Part shown: positions 44,986 to 54,835 of the stretch, piece after piece
Numbering within the stretch: the first letter of the stretch is position 1
Layout: each line of letters starts with the position of its first letter
IMG/VR virus record: IMGVR_UViG_3300030104_000540
Coordinates: 1-60,033 of that record
Reading direction: 5' to 3' (one strand)
Length of the DNA stretch: 60,033 bases
Origin: a virus
Taxonomy: Duplodnaviria > Caudoviricetes
Made by a program: the position numbers and the translations under genes
Notes under the pieces: model-generated
Seen by the model: only the letters and a program-made list of their open reading frames with translations
The model's database searches: none
Told to the model about the DNA's origin: nothing

Positions 44986-46089
44986 TTACGCTAAGCAATA
45001 TGCAGCAGTTACGATAGCTTCAGGGCGAAGTATCTTTCTGCCATACAAATGCATACCACGAACAATATCAGCGAAACTATCAGGGTCTCTGTAAGTTTCT
45101 GTCTTATTGATTTGTTCAGCAGTAGCTATAGCTGACTGGTGTCCTGCTACAATAATTCCAAAATTTGAAGCATTCTGACCACCTGTTGTCGCAGGGCCTG
45201 TGCCTAGTGACGGAAGGTTGTTAGATGAATAAATTTTAAAACCATGTAAGTTATTTATTACCATGCCATTCTGAAGACCACCTGTGTTTCCACCAAAGTC
45301 TGCGTTAAACAGTCTTGAGTCTTCGTCTTTTAACATTTCAATAAATACAGGATCAAGAACTAGCCATCTATTGGCTGAGTCAACATTTTGTTGATCCATT
45401 AGTCGTGACATACGTGCTATGATTTGTAGTGGGAACGCATTACCTGTTGTTCCACTTTTAGCAGCAGTTGCTCCACCTGCTCTTGGCTCAAGTCCGATAG
45501 CTTGGTTTGCAGTACCTGCAGTACCATCGGTTTGTGTAAAGTCGGAAGAATCAAGTGACATTGAAGCCAATAATTCTGCACCAACTAAGTTAGAACCACT
45601 AGAAGATGTTGTCACAGCTTTAGAGCCGTTTACTGATGTATTAACAGTGTCAGCATTGCTATGCAATGATGATTGCTTAAAACCAGCTAAGTAACCCAAT
45701 ACTTCTTGATCGTATTGGTCTTTCAATCTGTACGCTGCACGATCAGATGCAAGTGATTGAAAGTTAATATGCGAATGAGCTTCTTCAATGTCATCAACTT
45801 TAAATGCAAAATAGTTTGCTTTGTCAATAACTAGAGAGAACTCTTCATCGTCAATGTCTTGTGGTGAAATAGTTGTGCCACGAGCATATGACTTGACTGT
45901 AATTTCAGGTTCTTTGATTACTTTAACTGTATCTCCAAAGTTTGCAATTTCACCAAAGTAGTCTGAATTTGTTATCGCTTCTACAACAGAACCCTTACGA
46001 AAAGCAAGTTGTACCTGTTTAGAATAGATAATTGGCGAGAAATTTCCGTTAGGTAAATTTCCGTATCCTGCCGCAGTAGTAAAAGCCAT
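44986..46089 (-). CDS. Major capsid protein
   Basis: NFSPIIYS, GEIANFGDTVK, FADIVRGMHLYG..ILRPE. Confidence 0.93.
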   Translation of the reverse strand: MAFTTAAGYGNLPNGNFSPIIYSKQVQLAFRKGSVVEAITNSDYFGEIANFGDTVKVIKEPEITVKSYARGTTISPQDIDDEEFSLVIDKANYFAFKVDDIEEAHSHINFQSLASDRAAYRLKDQYDQEVLGYLAGFKQSSLHSNADTVNTSVNGSKAVTTSSSGSNLVGAELLASMSLDSSDFTQTDGTAGTANQAIGLEPRAGGATAAKSGTTGNAFPLQIIARMSRLMDQQNVDSANRWLVLDPVFIEMLKDEDSRLFNADFGGNTGGLQNGMVINNLHGFKIYSSNNLPSLGTGPATTGGQNASNFGIIVAGHQSAIATAEQINKTETYRDPDSFADIVRGMHLYGRKILRPEAIVTAAYCLA

Positions 46090-46297
46090 TTTAATTCTCC
46101 TATCTTTTACTTAAACAGATGCAAAGTACCATACCATTAGAGGTCTACTGTTAAAGGTGCAAACTTAAAATACGTTGCAATCGTATTCAAAGATTGGGCT
46201 TAAACATAATAGAGTGTTCTTCTCGTATTACTGGAATTTGCTAATTGAATATAAACTTGGTTGCATATTGCTATGGGCAAATTTATACTTTGCTTGT

Positions 46298-46326
46298 AGT
46301 TATACCTACAAATTGTTATTTGTCAA
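46298..46326 (-). promoter_or_regulatory. Sigma70-type promoter for the capsid gene
   Basis: TTGACA-N16-TATAAC(T), followed by a ~200-nt leader. Confidence 0.65.
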
Positions 46327-46990
46327 CAGTTTTTTGTTTTGGAACTTCAATAAAACTAAAGTTGACACTAAAGGAACGTCTTTCTCCCTTAGTCTTAAAT
46401 GGATAAACACAATGAAATAATTCAGCAGGAAATACATAGAAGTCTCCTACTCTTGGTTTAACCATAAAATTTGTTTGACTATATCCTGATGGTGTACCAT
46501 GAGCAAACTGTATATGTCCGTTTGCAGGATGGTGATCTTTATAGTCTTCTTCCCATTCTTTATCTATACCTTTAGGTAATTTTAAATATCCAACACAAGA
46601 CATTCTAGAACCTGTATGTATATGTAATGGGTTGTATTCGTTTTCAAATTGTCTAACAAACCAACCTGATGCTATTTGCACACCATAGTCAAATTTATTA
46701 CTATCTAATGCCTTTGTACCAAATGAATGTCGGTACTCTACATAATTATGTAATCTGCCTATGAAATGTCCAAACTCTTCGTTCCAAAGTTTTTCTATCT
46801 CTTCATTAAACTTTAGTTCTTGTTTTACTTTACCAACAAGTTTGTCTGACCAATCTGCTAAATCAGGACTCATAGCTTCATTCATCTTTCGCACAAAAGC
46901 TGGTGTCATTTTTTTGTATCCCATTACAGGACCAAAAGGTGCTATATATTCTTCATCCTTTTTAGGAGTATAAATTTTTCCGTGTGACAT
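46316..46990 (-). CDS. 2OG-Fe(II) oxygenase (HxH type)
   Basis: NPLHIH, FP..L.HCVYP, RRSFSVN. Confidence 0.85.
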   Translation of the reverse strand: MSHGKIYTPKKDEEYIAPFGPVMGYKKMTPAFVRKMNEAMSPDLADWSDKLVGKVKQELKFNEEIEKLWNEEFGHFIGRLHNYVEYRHSFGTKALDSNKFDYGVQIASGWFVRQFENEYNPLHIHTGSRMSCVGYLKLPKGIDKEWEEDYKDHHPANGHIQFAHGTPSGYSQTNFMVKPRVGDFYVFPAELFHCVYPFKTKGERRSFSVNFSFIEVPKQKTVDK

Positions 46991-46998
46991 ATCTACTC

Positions 46999-47883
46999 CT
47001 ATCTTGCTGAGCCAGATATATCATATACGAACTTACCACTACGTATAGCTTCCATTATTTCGTCAGATCGTTTCTCATATTCTTGAGGACTCATCTTCTG
47101 AACTTGTGACTCTTTGATGTATGAAGCTGTTTCATCCGTAGTTGGTTTACTTCTTTCTGATCTAGTGTCTACAGCTTTAGCTGCATCTTTTTCACTTGAT
47201 TTCTTTTTAGGCTTTATATCTTTGTCTGCCTTATATAAATCAATTGCTCTTGATGCAGATTTAGCATCAGCACTATTTTCATACAGTGCATCTTGTACCC
47301 ACTTAGGTTGTTGATCAGCCCAATCATGGAACTCGTCACTATCTCTAATCTCTGCAAAGTCAGGATGTAATCTTAATAACTCTGCTTCTGCTTTTTCTTT
47401 TGATGCTTCAACTCTTAAGTCTTCGTATTCTTTCATACGATTCTCTAACATTTCATTTTGTTCTTTTGCTTTTTTAATTGCTATAGTTTCAACTATTGCA
47501 GCAACGTCAGGATATTCTTTAACCCAAGTATCTAATTCTTCTTCTGTCTTTGGTAATTTAATTTCACCTTTTGTTGAAGACTCTAGTTGTTTTTTAAGTT
47601 GTTCAACTTCTTTCTTTAGTTCTTCGGCTTGTTTTTGCGAGTGTCTGCGTAAATCGCCATAGCGTTTCTTAAAACTTCTCTCTTCAGCATTTTTAGGAAC
47701 ACTCTCATCTTCAGCTTCCTTTTCAGGTTCTTTAGATTTAGTATCACCTTTTTGCTCCTCTACTAGTTTGTTTAATTCTTCTTCATCTTTTTTTATTTTT
47801 TCTTCTCTGCTATATGGTCTAGCCATAAATGCTTTCTTTTCTGCTTTAACTTCTTTTACCATAGCTTGTGCTTGTTCTGCCAT
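46999..47883 (-). CDS. Scaffolding protein
   Basis: AGGAG SD before ATG 47883; FKKRYGDLRRH, HPDF, C-terminal IMEAIRSGK. Confidence 0.82.
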   Translation of the reverse strand: MAEQAQAMVKEVKAEKKAFMARPYSREEKIKKDEEELNKLVEEQKGDTKSKEPEKEAEDESVPKNAEERSFKKRYGDLRRHSQKQAEELKKEVEQLKKQLESSTKGEIKLPKTEEELDTWVKEYPDVAAIVETIAIKKAKEQNEMLENRMKEYEDLRVEASKEKAEAELLRLHPDFAEIRDSDEFHDWADQQPKWVQDALYENSADAKSASRAIDLYKADKDIKPKKKSSEKDAAKAVDTRSERSKPTTDETASYIKESQVQKMSPQEYEKRSDEIMEAIRSGKFVYDISGSAR

Positions 47884-47902
47884 GTTCTTCTCCTTTGTTG
47901 TT

Positions 47903-47938
47903 GGGGTCATAGTAGCCACTAAGGGGTGTGAGTAGCCA
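47903..47938 (-). promoter_or_regulatory. Tandem direct repeat TGGCTACT-N3-ACCCC in the scaffold leader
   Basis: Two copies, 20-nt period, about 10 nt upstream of the SD. Confidence 0.6.
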
Positions 47939-47944
47939 ACAATG

Positions 47945-49252
47945 TTAGAAAGTTCTTTCATCTCTCTTAACATTAAATTCTTTATCTTTAAATTTTTCTT
48001 TCGCTTCTTCTTTAAATTTTTCTGCTTGTTTATCTGCTTTTGCTTGAGCTCTTCTTTGTTCTCTAAATTTATCATCGTCATCACTAGTTGATGTTTGTGT
48101 TTTTGTTTGATTTGCAGATGCCACAGATTTAGTTTTATTTATACCTAAATTTTTTAATTCTGTTTCTGTTCTTGGTCTTGGTTTTGTTGTTCCCGGACCT
48201 TTACCTGCCGCTGTTGTTACTGTTACTTTTTTCTTTTCACCTGCAGCCTTTACACCATCTATGTAACTTTGATGTATACCTGAAGTCATATCTGTAAATG
48301 GCTTTCCTTTTTCTTTTACATTTGCGAAAGGATTTAAAGCACCACTTGTAACACCTTTAAACATAGCTTTTATTTGATCAGGATATTTTGACTGTAATCC
48401 TCTTCTACCCGGAGTTCCGTATGCACTGCCATCTAAGTCAGGTGAATACACATCCCAATCACTTCCATTCCACATAGCTTTCACGTTATAACCTTCAGCT
48501 TTTAAGGTATTATACTCTCTTTGATTTTGTGTATTCCATCCTGCTGGGGCTTTACTTTGATCTACTGCTCTATCAAATATAGATTCGCCCTGCAAGTTAG
48601 CCCAATCATCAGCGTCAGTTATAGTTATATCTCCACCAATTCTAACCATCTTTCCTTGATGTACTGTATATTTATTACCTGCGTCAGGGTCTTCTTCAAC
48701 CACAGGTTGTATTGAATTTGTTATTTTAGATTCTTTAATTGCATCAGGAGTTTTTGTGCCTTTAGGAACATAGCCCGGTGGTATAGCAGGAACAGGTGTG
48801 CCACTTACAATATAGACAAGTATCTCATCTCCTGTTTCAGGATTAACATAAACAGCTTGTTTAATACCTGCTCCACCCATGTATTGATTGTATGTTGATG
48901 AAGGAGTTAATCCTCCTTGTTGCATTTCTACTGCATTGCCATCATCATCCTCTGCTATAATATCTGTTTCATCAAAAGGTAAATCATCAGGAACTGTTGC
49001 TTCATCTGCATTGCCCATCTGACCCATAGCTTCCATCTTTTTAAGACCTTGCTTTGCTTCTTGTCTCATTTCCATAAGTCTATTCAAACCTATAAAACGA
49101 ACTACATCAGCAGGAAATACAAACTCTCCTTCACTTAATTGTGCAGGTATATCATCTCTTACTTCTTCTTTAGTAGAACCTATTGGAACATCGTTGCCTG
49201 ATACAGGATCAGTTGCACCACCTTCGTCTTTTAGCCCACCATCATTTTCCAT
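47945..49252 (-). CDS. Head-associated protein with DDIPAQLSEGEFV domain
   Basis: Motif resembles the DxIPAxLSxGEFV segment of tape-measure proteins; lies between portal and scaffold. Confidence 0.7.
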   Translation of the reverse strand: MENDGGLKDEGGATDPVSGNDVPIGSTKEEVRDDIPAQLSEGEFVFPADVVRFIGLNRLMEMRQEAKQGLKKMEAMGQMGNADEATVPDDLPFDETDIIAEDDDGNAVEMQQGGLTPSSTYNQYMGGAGIKQAVYVNPETGDEILVYIVSGTPVPAIPPGYVPKGTKTPDAIKESKITNSIQPVVEEDPDAGNKYTVHQGKMVRIGGDITITDADDWANLQGESIFDRAVDQSKAPAGWNTQNQREYNTLKAEGYNVKAMWNGSDWDVYSPDLDGSAYGTPGRRGLQSKYPDQIKAMFKGVTSGALNPFANVKEKGKPFTDMTSGIHQSYIDGVKAAGEKKKVTVTTAAGKGPGTTKPRPRTETELKNLGINKTKSVASANQTKTQTSTSDDDDKFREQRRAQAKADKQAEKFKEEAKEKFKDKEFNVKRDERTF

Positions 49253-49475
49253 TCTTTACTCCTATTACTTCTTCTCTTAGAAGTTTTAGTCTTCTTAATG
49301 TAGCCACAGCACCTTGTGATCTATACATCAAAGTCGTATTGTCGCTATGTTCCATAGCTTTATGTTGTTGTTCAATTAGTAAATCTAAATACTGATTAAA
49401 GCTATCTAACAGGAGCTTGTCCTGCACCAACCCTTTGAGCTTGAGGAGCACCTGTTTGCGTTCCTTGTCCAACAT
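49242..49475 (-). CDS. Small conserved protein downstream of the portal
   Basis: YRSQGAVATLRRL; overlaps the portal 3' end. Confidence 0.7.
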   Translation of the reverse strand: MLDKERKQVLLKLKGLVQDKLLLDSFNQYLDLLIEQQHKAMEHSDNTTLMYRSQGAVATLRRLKLLREEVIGVKNGK

Positions 49476-51492
49476 TACCTGTAAATCCTTGTTCATTTGG
49501 TACAGGTGCTTGACCTGTTCCTATTGTACCACCACCTGTACCAGCAGTATCTTTGGGGTCAGCACCTGCTACAGGTTTTTGTGGTTGCATATTCTGCATC
49601 ATCTTAGCTTGAAGTGCAGCTTCTTCCATATTATTTGTAACTTTGTCAGGGTCTAAATCCATTGACTTAGCTATCTCTCTTATTATATATTGAAACTTAG
49701 CAAATGGAGCAAGTGCAGGATTACTAGCAGTTCCCATAAACTGCATTAATCTTTGACTTCTTACTTCATTAGCCATGAGACTTTCTGTTCCTCTAGCTTT
49801 AACTTCTAAGTCTCCACGTATATCAGGATTAAAATCAAACTGCATATTAAAGCTAAACAAACTTTCTCCTAGAGGTCTTAATAAATAATCATCTACATTT
49901 TTAATTACAGACTTGATACTTATACTTGCTGCATTCATCAACATACTAATACCTGATGCAGTTCTTCCTGTACCTGCAACACCTGTCTGTCCATGTGCAA
50001 ATGATGGTAAGCCTGTACTTTCATCTGCTAGTTGTCTTGCTTTATCAAACAATTGCATATTCTCATTTGATACGTTTGGAAATTTAGTGCCAAAGATTGC
50101 TTGACCCGGAGCACCACCTTGTCTTCTAAAAACTTTTCCCGGATATACTGACAAGTCTTGTCCCGGAACTAAATTAGTTTCATCAACTTCTATTAATAAG
50201 TTTCCTGACAATACAGCATTGTCTACTGCCATTCGCATAAAACCATTCATTAATGTTTGTGTATCATCCATATTCTCTGCTACACCTACTCCAAAGAATG
50301 AATATGGATTAAGTTCATAAGGTGCAGACACGTATGGTATTTTTGCAGGAGTAAAAGGATTTAATACTACTCTTATTAAATTGTCTTGACATACCCATAT
50401 ATTTACTTGTAATTCATCAAAGTCGTTTAAATCTTTGGGTATGTCAATCTCATTTTCTTCTAGGGTTTCTCTATCTACTGTACCCCAATATTCAATAACT
50501 TCAAATCTATCTATTCTATATTCATCATTATAGTCAGCTAGATCATGCTCCCAATCTTTTTGAACATAGGCTTCACCCATTTGAATTACATTATCTATAA
50601 CTGTATCTCTAAAGAATGGTCTCTTCTTTAAATTACGTAACTGTGTTCTAGATAGTTTGTGTCTTTCTATAATGTACTGTGCTTCATCCATATTAGTAGC
50701 ATCAGGATCAGGAAAGAAATCCCACACTGATACATGACTTACCTGTGGTACTGTCTTTACAATAGGATCATATTCACCTTCTTCATTCCAATTAGGATAA
50801 TCTTTATCTACAGCAAAAGGACCTTTCATTATGCCTGTACCAAACAAAGCCATTTCAAATGCTGTACTACGTAAATGTTTAGATGCGTTAGATTCCTCTA
50901 ACTGATCCATTATTTTCTTTTCCATCTTCTTTGCTGCAACCATAGCAGGGTTATATGTTACAGACTTTGGATTAGTTCCCGGACCTTCTTTTACTTCTTG
51001 GTCAGCCAGTTTTTCTTCTAGTGGTCCTAGCTCCATACCTGCTCTATATCCAGCAGGAAGGTCTTCACCTGTAAACTCAGGTGGTAATGGTTTTTGTTCT
51101 TCTAATGGATTTGGTTCTAAATCAATGTGAACACTTTCAGATACACCTTCAGGTAGTTCTGTTGGTTCTACACTTAATGGAAACTTATTACCTGCAAATA
51201 ACACATCTGTTATCTGACCATAAGCTGCAAGTGTTTTTGTTTTAGTTATCTTAACAAACACTCTTGACTTTTCTGCTTCAGAAAACTGTACATCAGGACC
51301 ATACAATCCACGATAATTTCTATACGCTCTTAACCATCTGTCTTCATCATTCTGTCTAGAGTCTTCTGCTTTTTGGTATCTATCCATAACATGACGAATA
51401 AGATTATTTGCAGAGCCATCTTCTTGTTCTGTGTTTTTTACATCTTCTAATGAAGCTGCACTTTCTTCTATGTCTAATATATTTTCTGCCAT
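49402..51492 (-). CDS. Portal protein
   Basis: FVKITKTK, FGTGIMK, DFFPDP, RTASGISML; follows TerL. Confidence 0.92.
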   Translation of the reverse strand: MAENILDIEESAASLEDVKNTEQEDGSANNLIRHVMDRYQKAEDSRQNDEDRWLRAYRNYRGLYGPDVQFSEAEKSRVFVKITKTKTLAAYGQITDVLFAGNKFPLSVEPTELPEGVSESVHIDLEPNPLEEQKPLPPEFTGEDLPAGYRAGMELGPLEEKLADQEVKEGPGTNPKSVTYNPAMVAAKKMEKKIMDQLEESNASKHLRSTAFEMALFGTGIMKGPFAVDKDYPNWNEEGEYDPIVKTVPQVSHVSVWDFFPDPDATNMDEAQYIIERHKLSRTQLRNLKKRPFFRDTVIDNVIQMGEAYVQKDWEHDLADYNDEYRIDRFEVIEYWGTVDRETLEENEIDIPKDLNDFDELQVNIWVCQDNLIRVVLNPFTPAKIPYVSAPYELNPYSFFGVGVAENMDDTQTLMNGFMRMAVDNAVLSGNLLIEVDETNLVPGQDLSVYPGKVFRRQGGAPGQAIFGTKFPNVSNENMQLFDKARQLADESTGLPSFAHGQTGVAGTGRTASGISMLMNAASISIKSVIKNVDDYLLRPLGESLFSFNMQFDFNPDIRGDLEVKARGTESLMANEVRSQRLMQFMGTASNPALAPFAKFQYIIREIAKSMDLDPDKVTNNMEEAALQAKMMQNMQPQKPVAGADPKDTAGTGGGTIGTGQAPVPNEQGFTGNVGQGTQTGAPQAQRVGAGQAPVR

Positions 51493-51500
51493 ATTATTCC

Positions 51501-53057
51501 TTAATATCCAAAGGTACTATCAGATGGTTGGTATGTAGGTTTTGGTACATTAGGATCATAATCAAATATACTAAACCTTGGTCTTGACATTATACCATAT
51601 CTTAATGCGTCATACAAGTGATCTTCTGCATTTGTGTCTACATCTTCTGGATTTCTTTTGTCTAATGGTATTGCAGGTAACTGTGAGATCGTCTCAGTGC
51701 ATGTACTAAAAAATACAAGTCTAGGTTGTTCCGTAAACTCATCTACCTGTAATCTTCTATGTATTTCATTCTTACCTGAAACACGACTTCCTTTACTTCT
51801 ATCGGATGGTCTCCAACGACATCCTCGTGTGATCATTTGTTCAGCCAAAGAAGGACCAGTATCGCCACGATTATGCCAAAGGCTAGAGTCCAAAACACCA
51901 TATCTAATATTGCCATCTCCTGATTCTACCTCCAATATCATATCTGCCAAATCTGTGGCAAGGACCTTAGATACGTAAAGTTCCCTGTAAACAACCAACT
52001 GTTCATCCGGCGATACAGCGAACCAAAGCACACCTGAATAAGACCCATAACCATAGTCACAAGCACGAAATTTAACCCAATTATTAGGAATCGGAAAGGG
52101 TTTAACAACGTGTATCTTGCGATCAAACTCAGTAAACGCTGCACCTTCTTTGATATCCCAATCACCTTCAAGTAACTGTTTTCTTTGATGCTCTGGAAGC
52201 GAGAGAAGCATGGCTTCATAGTCTCCACTTTCTGAGAGGTATGGATTGTCAGATAATCTTGCAGGAATAAATCTCCGTTTGAATAGAGCTTTTCCAGCTT
52301 TAGCGTGTCCTGCTGGGTATTTGAGGACTTCTCCTGTTTCAATATCTGTTGCGTCAAATGCTTCTCCGAAAGGTGCAGGGTCAATAAACATTTTCTTAAC
52401 CCATTGATGTCCAATACCACCCGGATTGGTGGTTGCTCTCATAAAAATTGGTAAGTCTGATGCTATGGAACGTAAACGTGAACGCATATAGTTCCAAGCA
52501 AATGGACTTGACCATTGTGTTAACTCATCAAAACCGATCCAACTAAATGCCAAACCTTGATAACGCATAACGTCATTGTCTCTATCAAGATATGACATCC
52601 ATAGTCTAGCACCTGATGGTGCTACCCATTGCATTTTTCTTTCTGACCACTTGATCCCTTTCCAGACTTTCGGATAGAGTTCTTGCGATTTAAATATAAG
52701 TTCCCTGAGTTCTTCCGTTGTGTGTCTAAGGAGCAACCCACTAAAGGCTGGATGACCCATGTATCTGAGTGGGTCTGCCAACATTGCAAAGGATTTACCC
52801 CCACCTGCTGAACCACCATATAGAACTTCTCTTTCTCCTGCTGCAAGAAACTCAGTCTGAGGTCCTGCATTTGGTTTAAATACTACATTCTGTTCTTCTT
52901 CAGGAACAGTTTCTATTTCTTCTAACTCTCTTATGACAGGTTTAGGCTCTGCTACTTGTTCTTTCTTCTTCAAGTTTTTTCGCGGCTTGGATCGCCTTTT
53001 CTGCATACTCTGACCAGACACGGAGAGTTCTAGCTTTGTTCTTACGTTTTTGCTCAC
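51501..53057 (-). CDS. terL: Terminase large subunit (true start probably downstream of 53057)
   Basis: YGGSAGGGKS, FDELT, TNPGG, DYG, EDHLYDALRY. Confidence 0.96.
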   Translation of the reverse strand: MSKNVRTKLELSVSGQSMQKRRSKPRKNLKKKEQVAEPKPVIRELEEIETVPEEEQNVVFKPNAGPQTEFLAAGEREVLYGGSAGGGKSFAMLADPLRYMGHPAFSGLLLRHTTEELRELIFKSQELYPKVWKGIKWSERKMQWVAPSGARLWMSYLDRDNDVMRYQGLAFSWIGFDELTQWSSPFAWNYMRSRLRSIASDLPIFMRATTNPGGIGHQWVKKMFIDPAPFGEAFDATDIETGEVLKYPAGHAKAGKALFKRRFIPARLSDNPYLSESGDYEAMLLSLPEHQRKQLLEGDWDIKEGAAFTEFDRKIHVVKPFPIPNNWVKFRACDYGYGSYSGVLWFAVSPDEQLVVYRELYVSKVLATDLADMILEVESGDGNIRYGVLDSSLWHNRGDTGPSLAEQMITRGCRWRPSDRSKGSRVSGKNEIHRRLQVDEFTEQPRLVFFSTCTETISQLPAIPLDKRNPEDVDTNAEDHLYDALRYGIMSRPRFSIFDYDPNVPKPTYQPSDSTFGY

Positions 53058-53337
53058 GCTTTACTCTTTTCATTAATCCTATATGTGAGATGTATCTATC
53101 AGTAAACTTGCTTAACCAATTAGCTACTTCTCTATATGAATACTGTTTTAAATGTTGCTTTGCTTTTTCAAGTGCATCTAACTCACGAGGTATAGGTCTA
53201 AGAATGTGATCATTCTCAGGATCAGGTTTATATCCAAACGGAGTTGTTTTTGCTACACGTGGTATTGCTACCCATTCACTATTTTCTTTTAAGTCTATTA
53301 ACTCAGGCAGCTTCCACTCACCAGTTGATCTACTCAC
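52942..53337 (-). CDS. Putative HTH DNA-binding protein
   Basis: PFGYK, YSYREVANWL, ISHIGL. Confidence 0.7.
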   Translation of the reverse strand: MSRSTGEWKLPELIDLKENSEWVAIPRVAKTTPFGYKPDPENDHILRPIPRELDALEKAKQHLKQYSYREVANWLSKFTDRYISHIGLMKRVKREQKRKNKARTLRVWSEYAEKAIQAAKKLEEERTSSRA

Positions 53338-53723
53338 TTTTTCTTTCCGTATAACTCATTAAATCTTTTTGCACCAAGTAATTTTCTAAGCCTTTTAAGA
53401 CCATCTATTTGTGTGCCTTTATATTTATCAGGGCTTTTTCCTCTTTGAAATGGACTATCAAATTTTATAGCTTGGTCATCTATTTTTCCAAGTTTAGATA
53501 ATTGTAAAACTTGATTGCTTGTTAGTTTTTTACCTGCCCTTGCTTTTTTTTCTAATTGATATATTCTATTACCAGTTCTAGAAATTACTTTTATTTTCTT
53601 TGCAGTTTGTTTCTTTATTTTTTTTAAATCTTTTTGCACCAAGTCATTTATTGACGGCTTTTTCTTTTTAGTTTTTTTAACAGTGCCTACTAGTAATTTT
53701 TTTATTAATTTAATAGCTACCAT
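53334..53723 (-). CDS. Lys-rich basic protein
   Basis: N-terminus resembles 3367-4014. Confidence 0.7.
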   Translation of the reverse strand: MVAIKLIKKLLVGTVKKTKKKKPSINDLVQKDLKKIKKQTAKKIKVISRTGNRIYQLEKKARAGKKLTSNQVLQLSKLGKIDDQAIKFDSPFQRGKSPDKYKGTQIDGLKRLRKLLGAKRFNELYGKKK

Positions 53724-54092
53724 TTATTCATCCTCTACTTTTTTGGGTGGCATTAACATTACACCCCCTGAAGATTCTACTTGTATCTTCTCAGTTTTAA
53801 TTAAACCTGTACGATCTAACAGTTCTTTTGCTGCACTTAATTTATCTCTTGTGCCTAGTTCTGTTGGATCATCAATGCCACTTACCATAGCAAGTGCAGC
53901 TTTAGGTGCATTACTTGCCATGAACATTTGTGTTGCTTCTAATATCTCTTCTTTCAAAGCATTTATTATTTCTTGATTGTTTGTTGAAGGAGCATATCCT
54001 GCAATTATCTTTGCATCTTTAATATTACCATTTGCTTCTGCAAACAATGCATCAATAAATTTTTGTTGACGTTCTGTTAATTTTCTAGCCAC
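53724..54092 (-). CDS. terS: Terminase small subunit-like protein
   Basis: LTERQQKF, AGY, AAKELLDR. Confidence 0.7.
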   Translation of the reverse strand: MARKLTERQQKFIDALFAEANGNIKDAKIIAGYAPSTNNQEIINALKEEILEATQMFMASNAPKAALAMVSGIDDPTELGTRDKLSAAKELLDRTGLIKTEKIQVESSGGVMLMPPKKVEDE

Positions 54093-54113
54093 TATCTAAA
54101 CAACCCGGCTTTT
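54090..54113. repeat. 24-bp exact repeat, copy 2
   Basis: Identical to 26992-27015. Confidence 0.9.
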
Positions 54114-54301
54114 CTTAAATCTATATTGCCAAAAGATTTTTTAACAGCTTTTTTTATATTCTCTAGAGCTTTTTTGCTATCTATCTCTTTTAACCTTTGT
54201 TGATATGTAACATACTCATCCTTGTAAACACCACTTGGTGTCGTGTATGGTGTAGCTTTTATTTCTACTACTTTACTTTTATTTTTATCTTTATTACTCA
54301 T
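54092..54301 (-). CDS. Basic protein ending DLRKAGLFR
   Basis: GGAG SD; ORF. Confidence 0.65.
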   Translation of the reverse strand: MSNKDKNKSKVVEIKATPYTTPSGVYKDEYVTYQQRLKEIDSKKALENIKKAVKKSFGNIDLRKAGLFR

Positions 54302-54379
54302 ATTTAATAAACTCCCTTTTCCTAGGTTTAAAAAACTCTTTTAAGTTTTCTATATGTTTCTTTCTTATTCTTTGTTTTT

Positions 54380-54835
54380 TTAACTCAAGCCTACTGCTTT
54401 CATGCGAGATATAAGTCTGTCTGCTCTGTTTGTTACCTGTTTGTACCATCGTGAGTCCTGCATCTGATTTCCTGCTTCATTCCAATCTCCGTCTCTAATA
54501 GCTTGTATCATCTTTTTAAATTTAGATAGTCTAGGTCTACCCATGTTAAACATCATGTTAGCTATGATTAGCTGTACCTCTTCAGGTAGTTTATTCCAAT
54601 CATCAAATAGTTTTCTACATTCACCTATTGTAACTTTTATATCTTGTTCAAAGACTTCATTGACTCTTATCTCATCAATAGGTGTTCCTACTCCCATCAT
54701 ATATTCAGGATCATCTGGAGTTATAAGATGTCCTATACCAAATGTAGGTAAGCCAAGATGATCTAAATATACTTCGTATTTACATCCTTCATCTATTTTT
54801 AGTTCCTCTCTTAGTCTATCTATAAAAAATTCCAT
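54380..54835 (-). CDS. Endolysin, GH24 (T4-type) lysozyme
   Basis: DEG..YLDHLG.PTFGIGHL, NMMFNMG, SRWYKQV..RA. Confidence 0.93.
   Translation of the reverse strand: MEFFIDRLREELKIDEGCKYEVYLDHLGLPTFGIGHLITPDDPEYMMGVGTPIDEIRVNEVFEQDIKVTIGECRKLFDDWNKLPEEVQLIIANMMFNMGRPRLSKFKKMIQAIRDGDWNEAGNQMQDSRWYKQVTNRADRLISRMKAVGLS

Noticed and set aside
47884-48084. N-terminal extension of the scaffold ORF given in the track
   Set aside because: Overlaps the upstream gene; a strong AGGAG SD supports ATG at 47883
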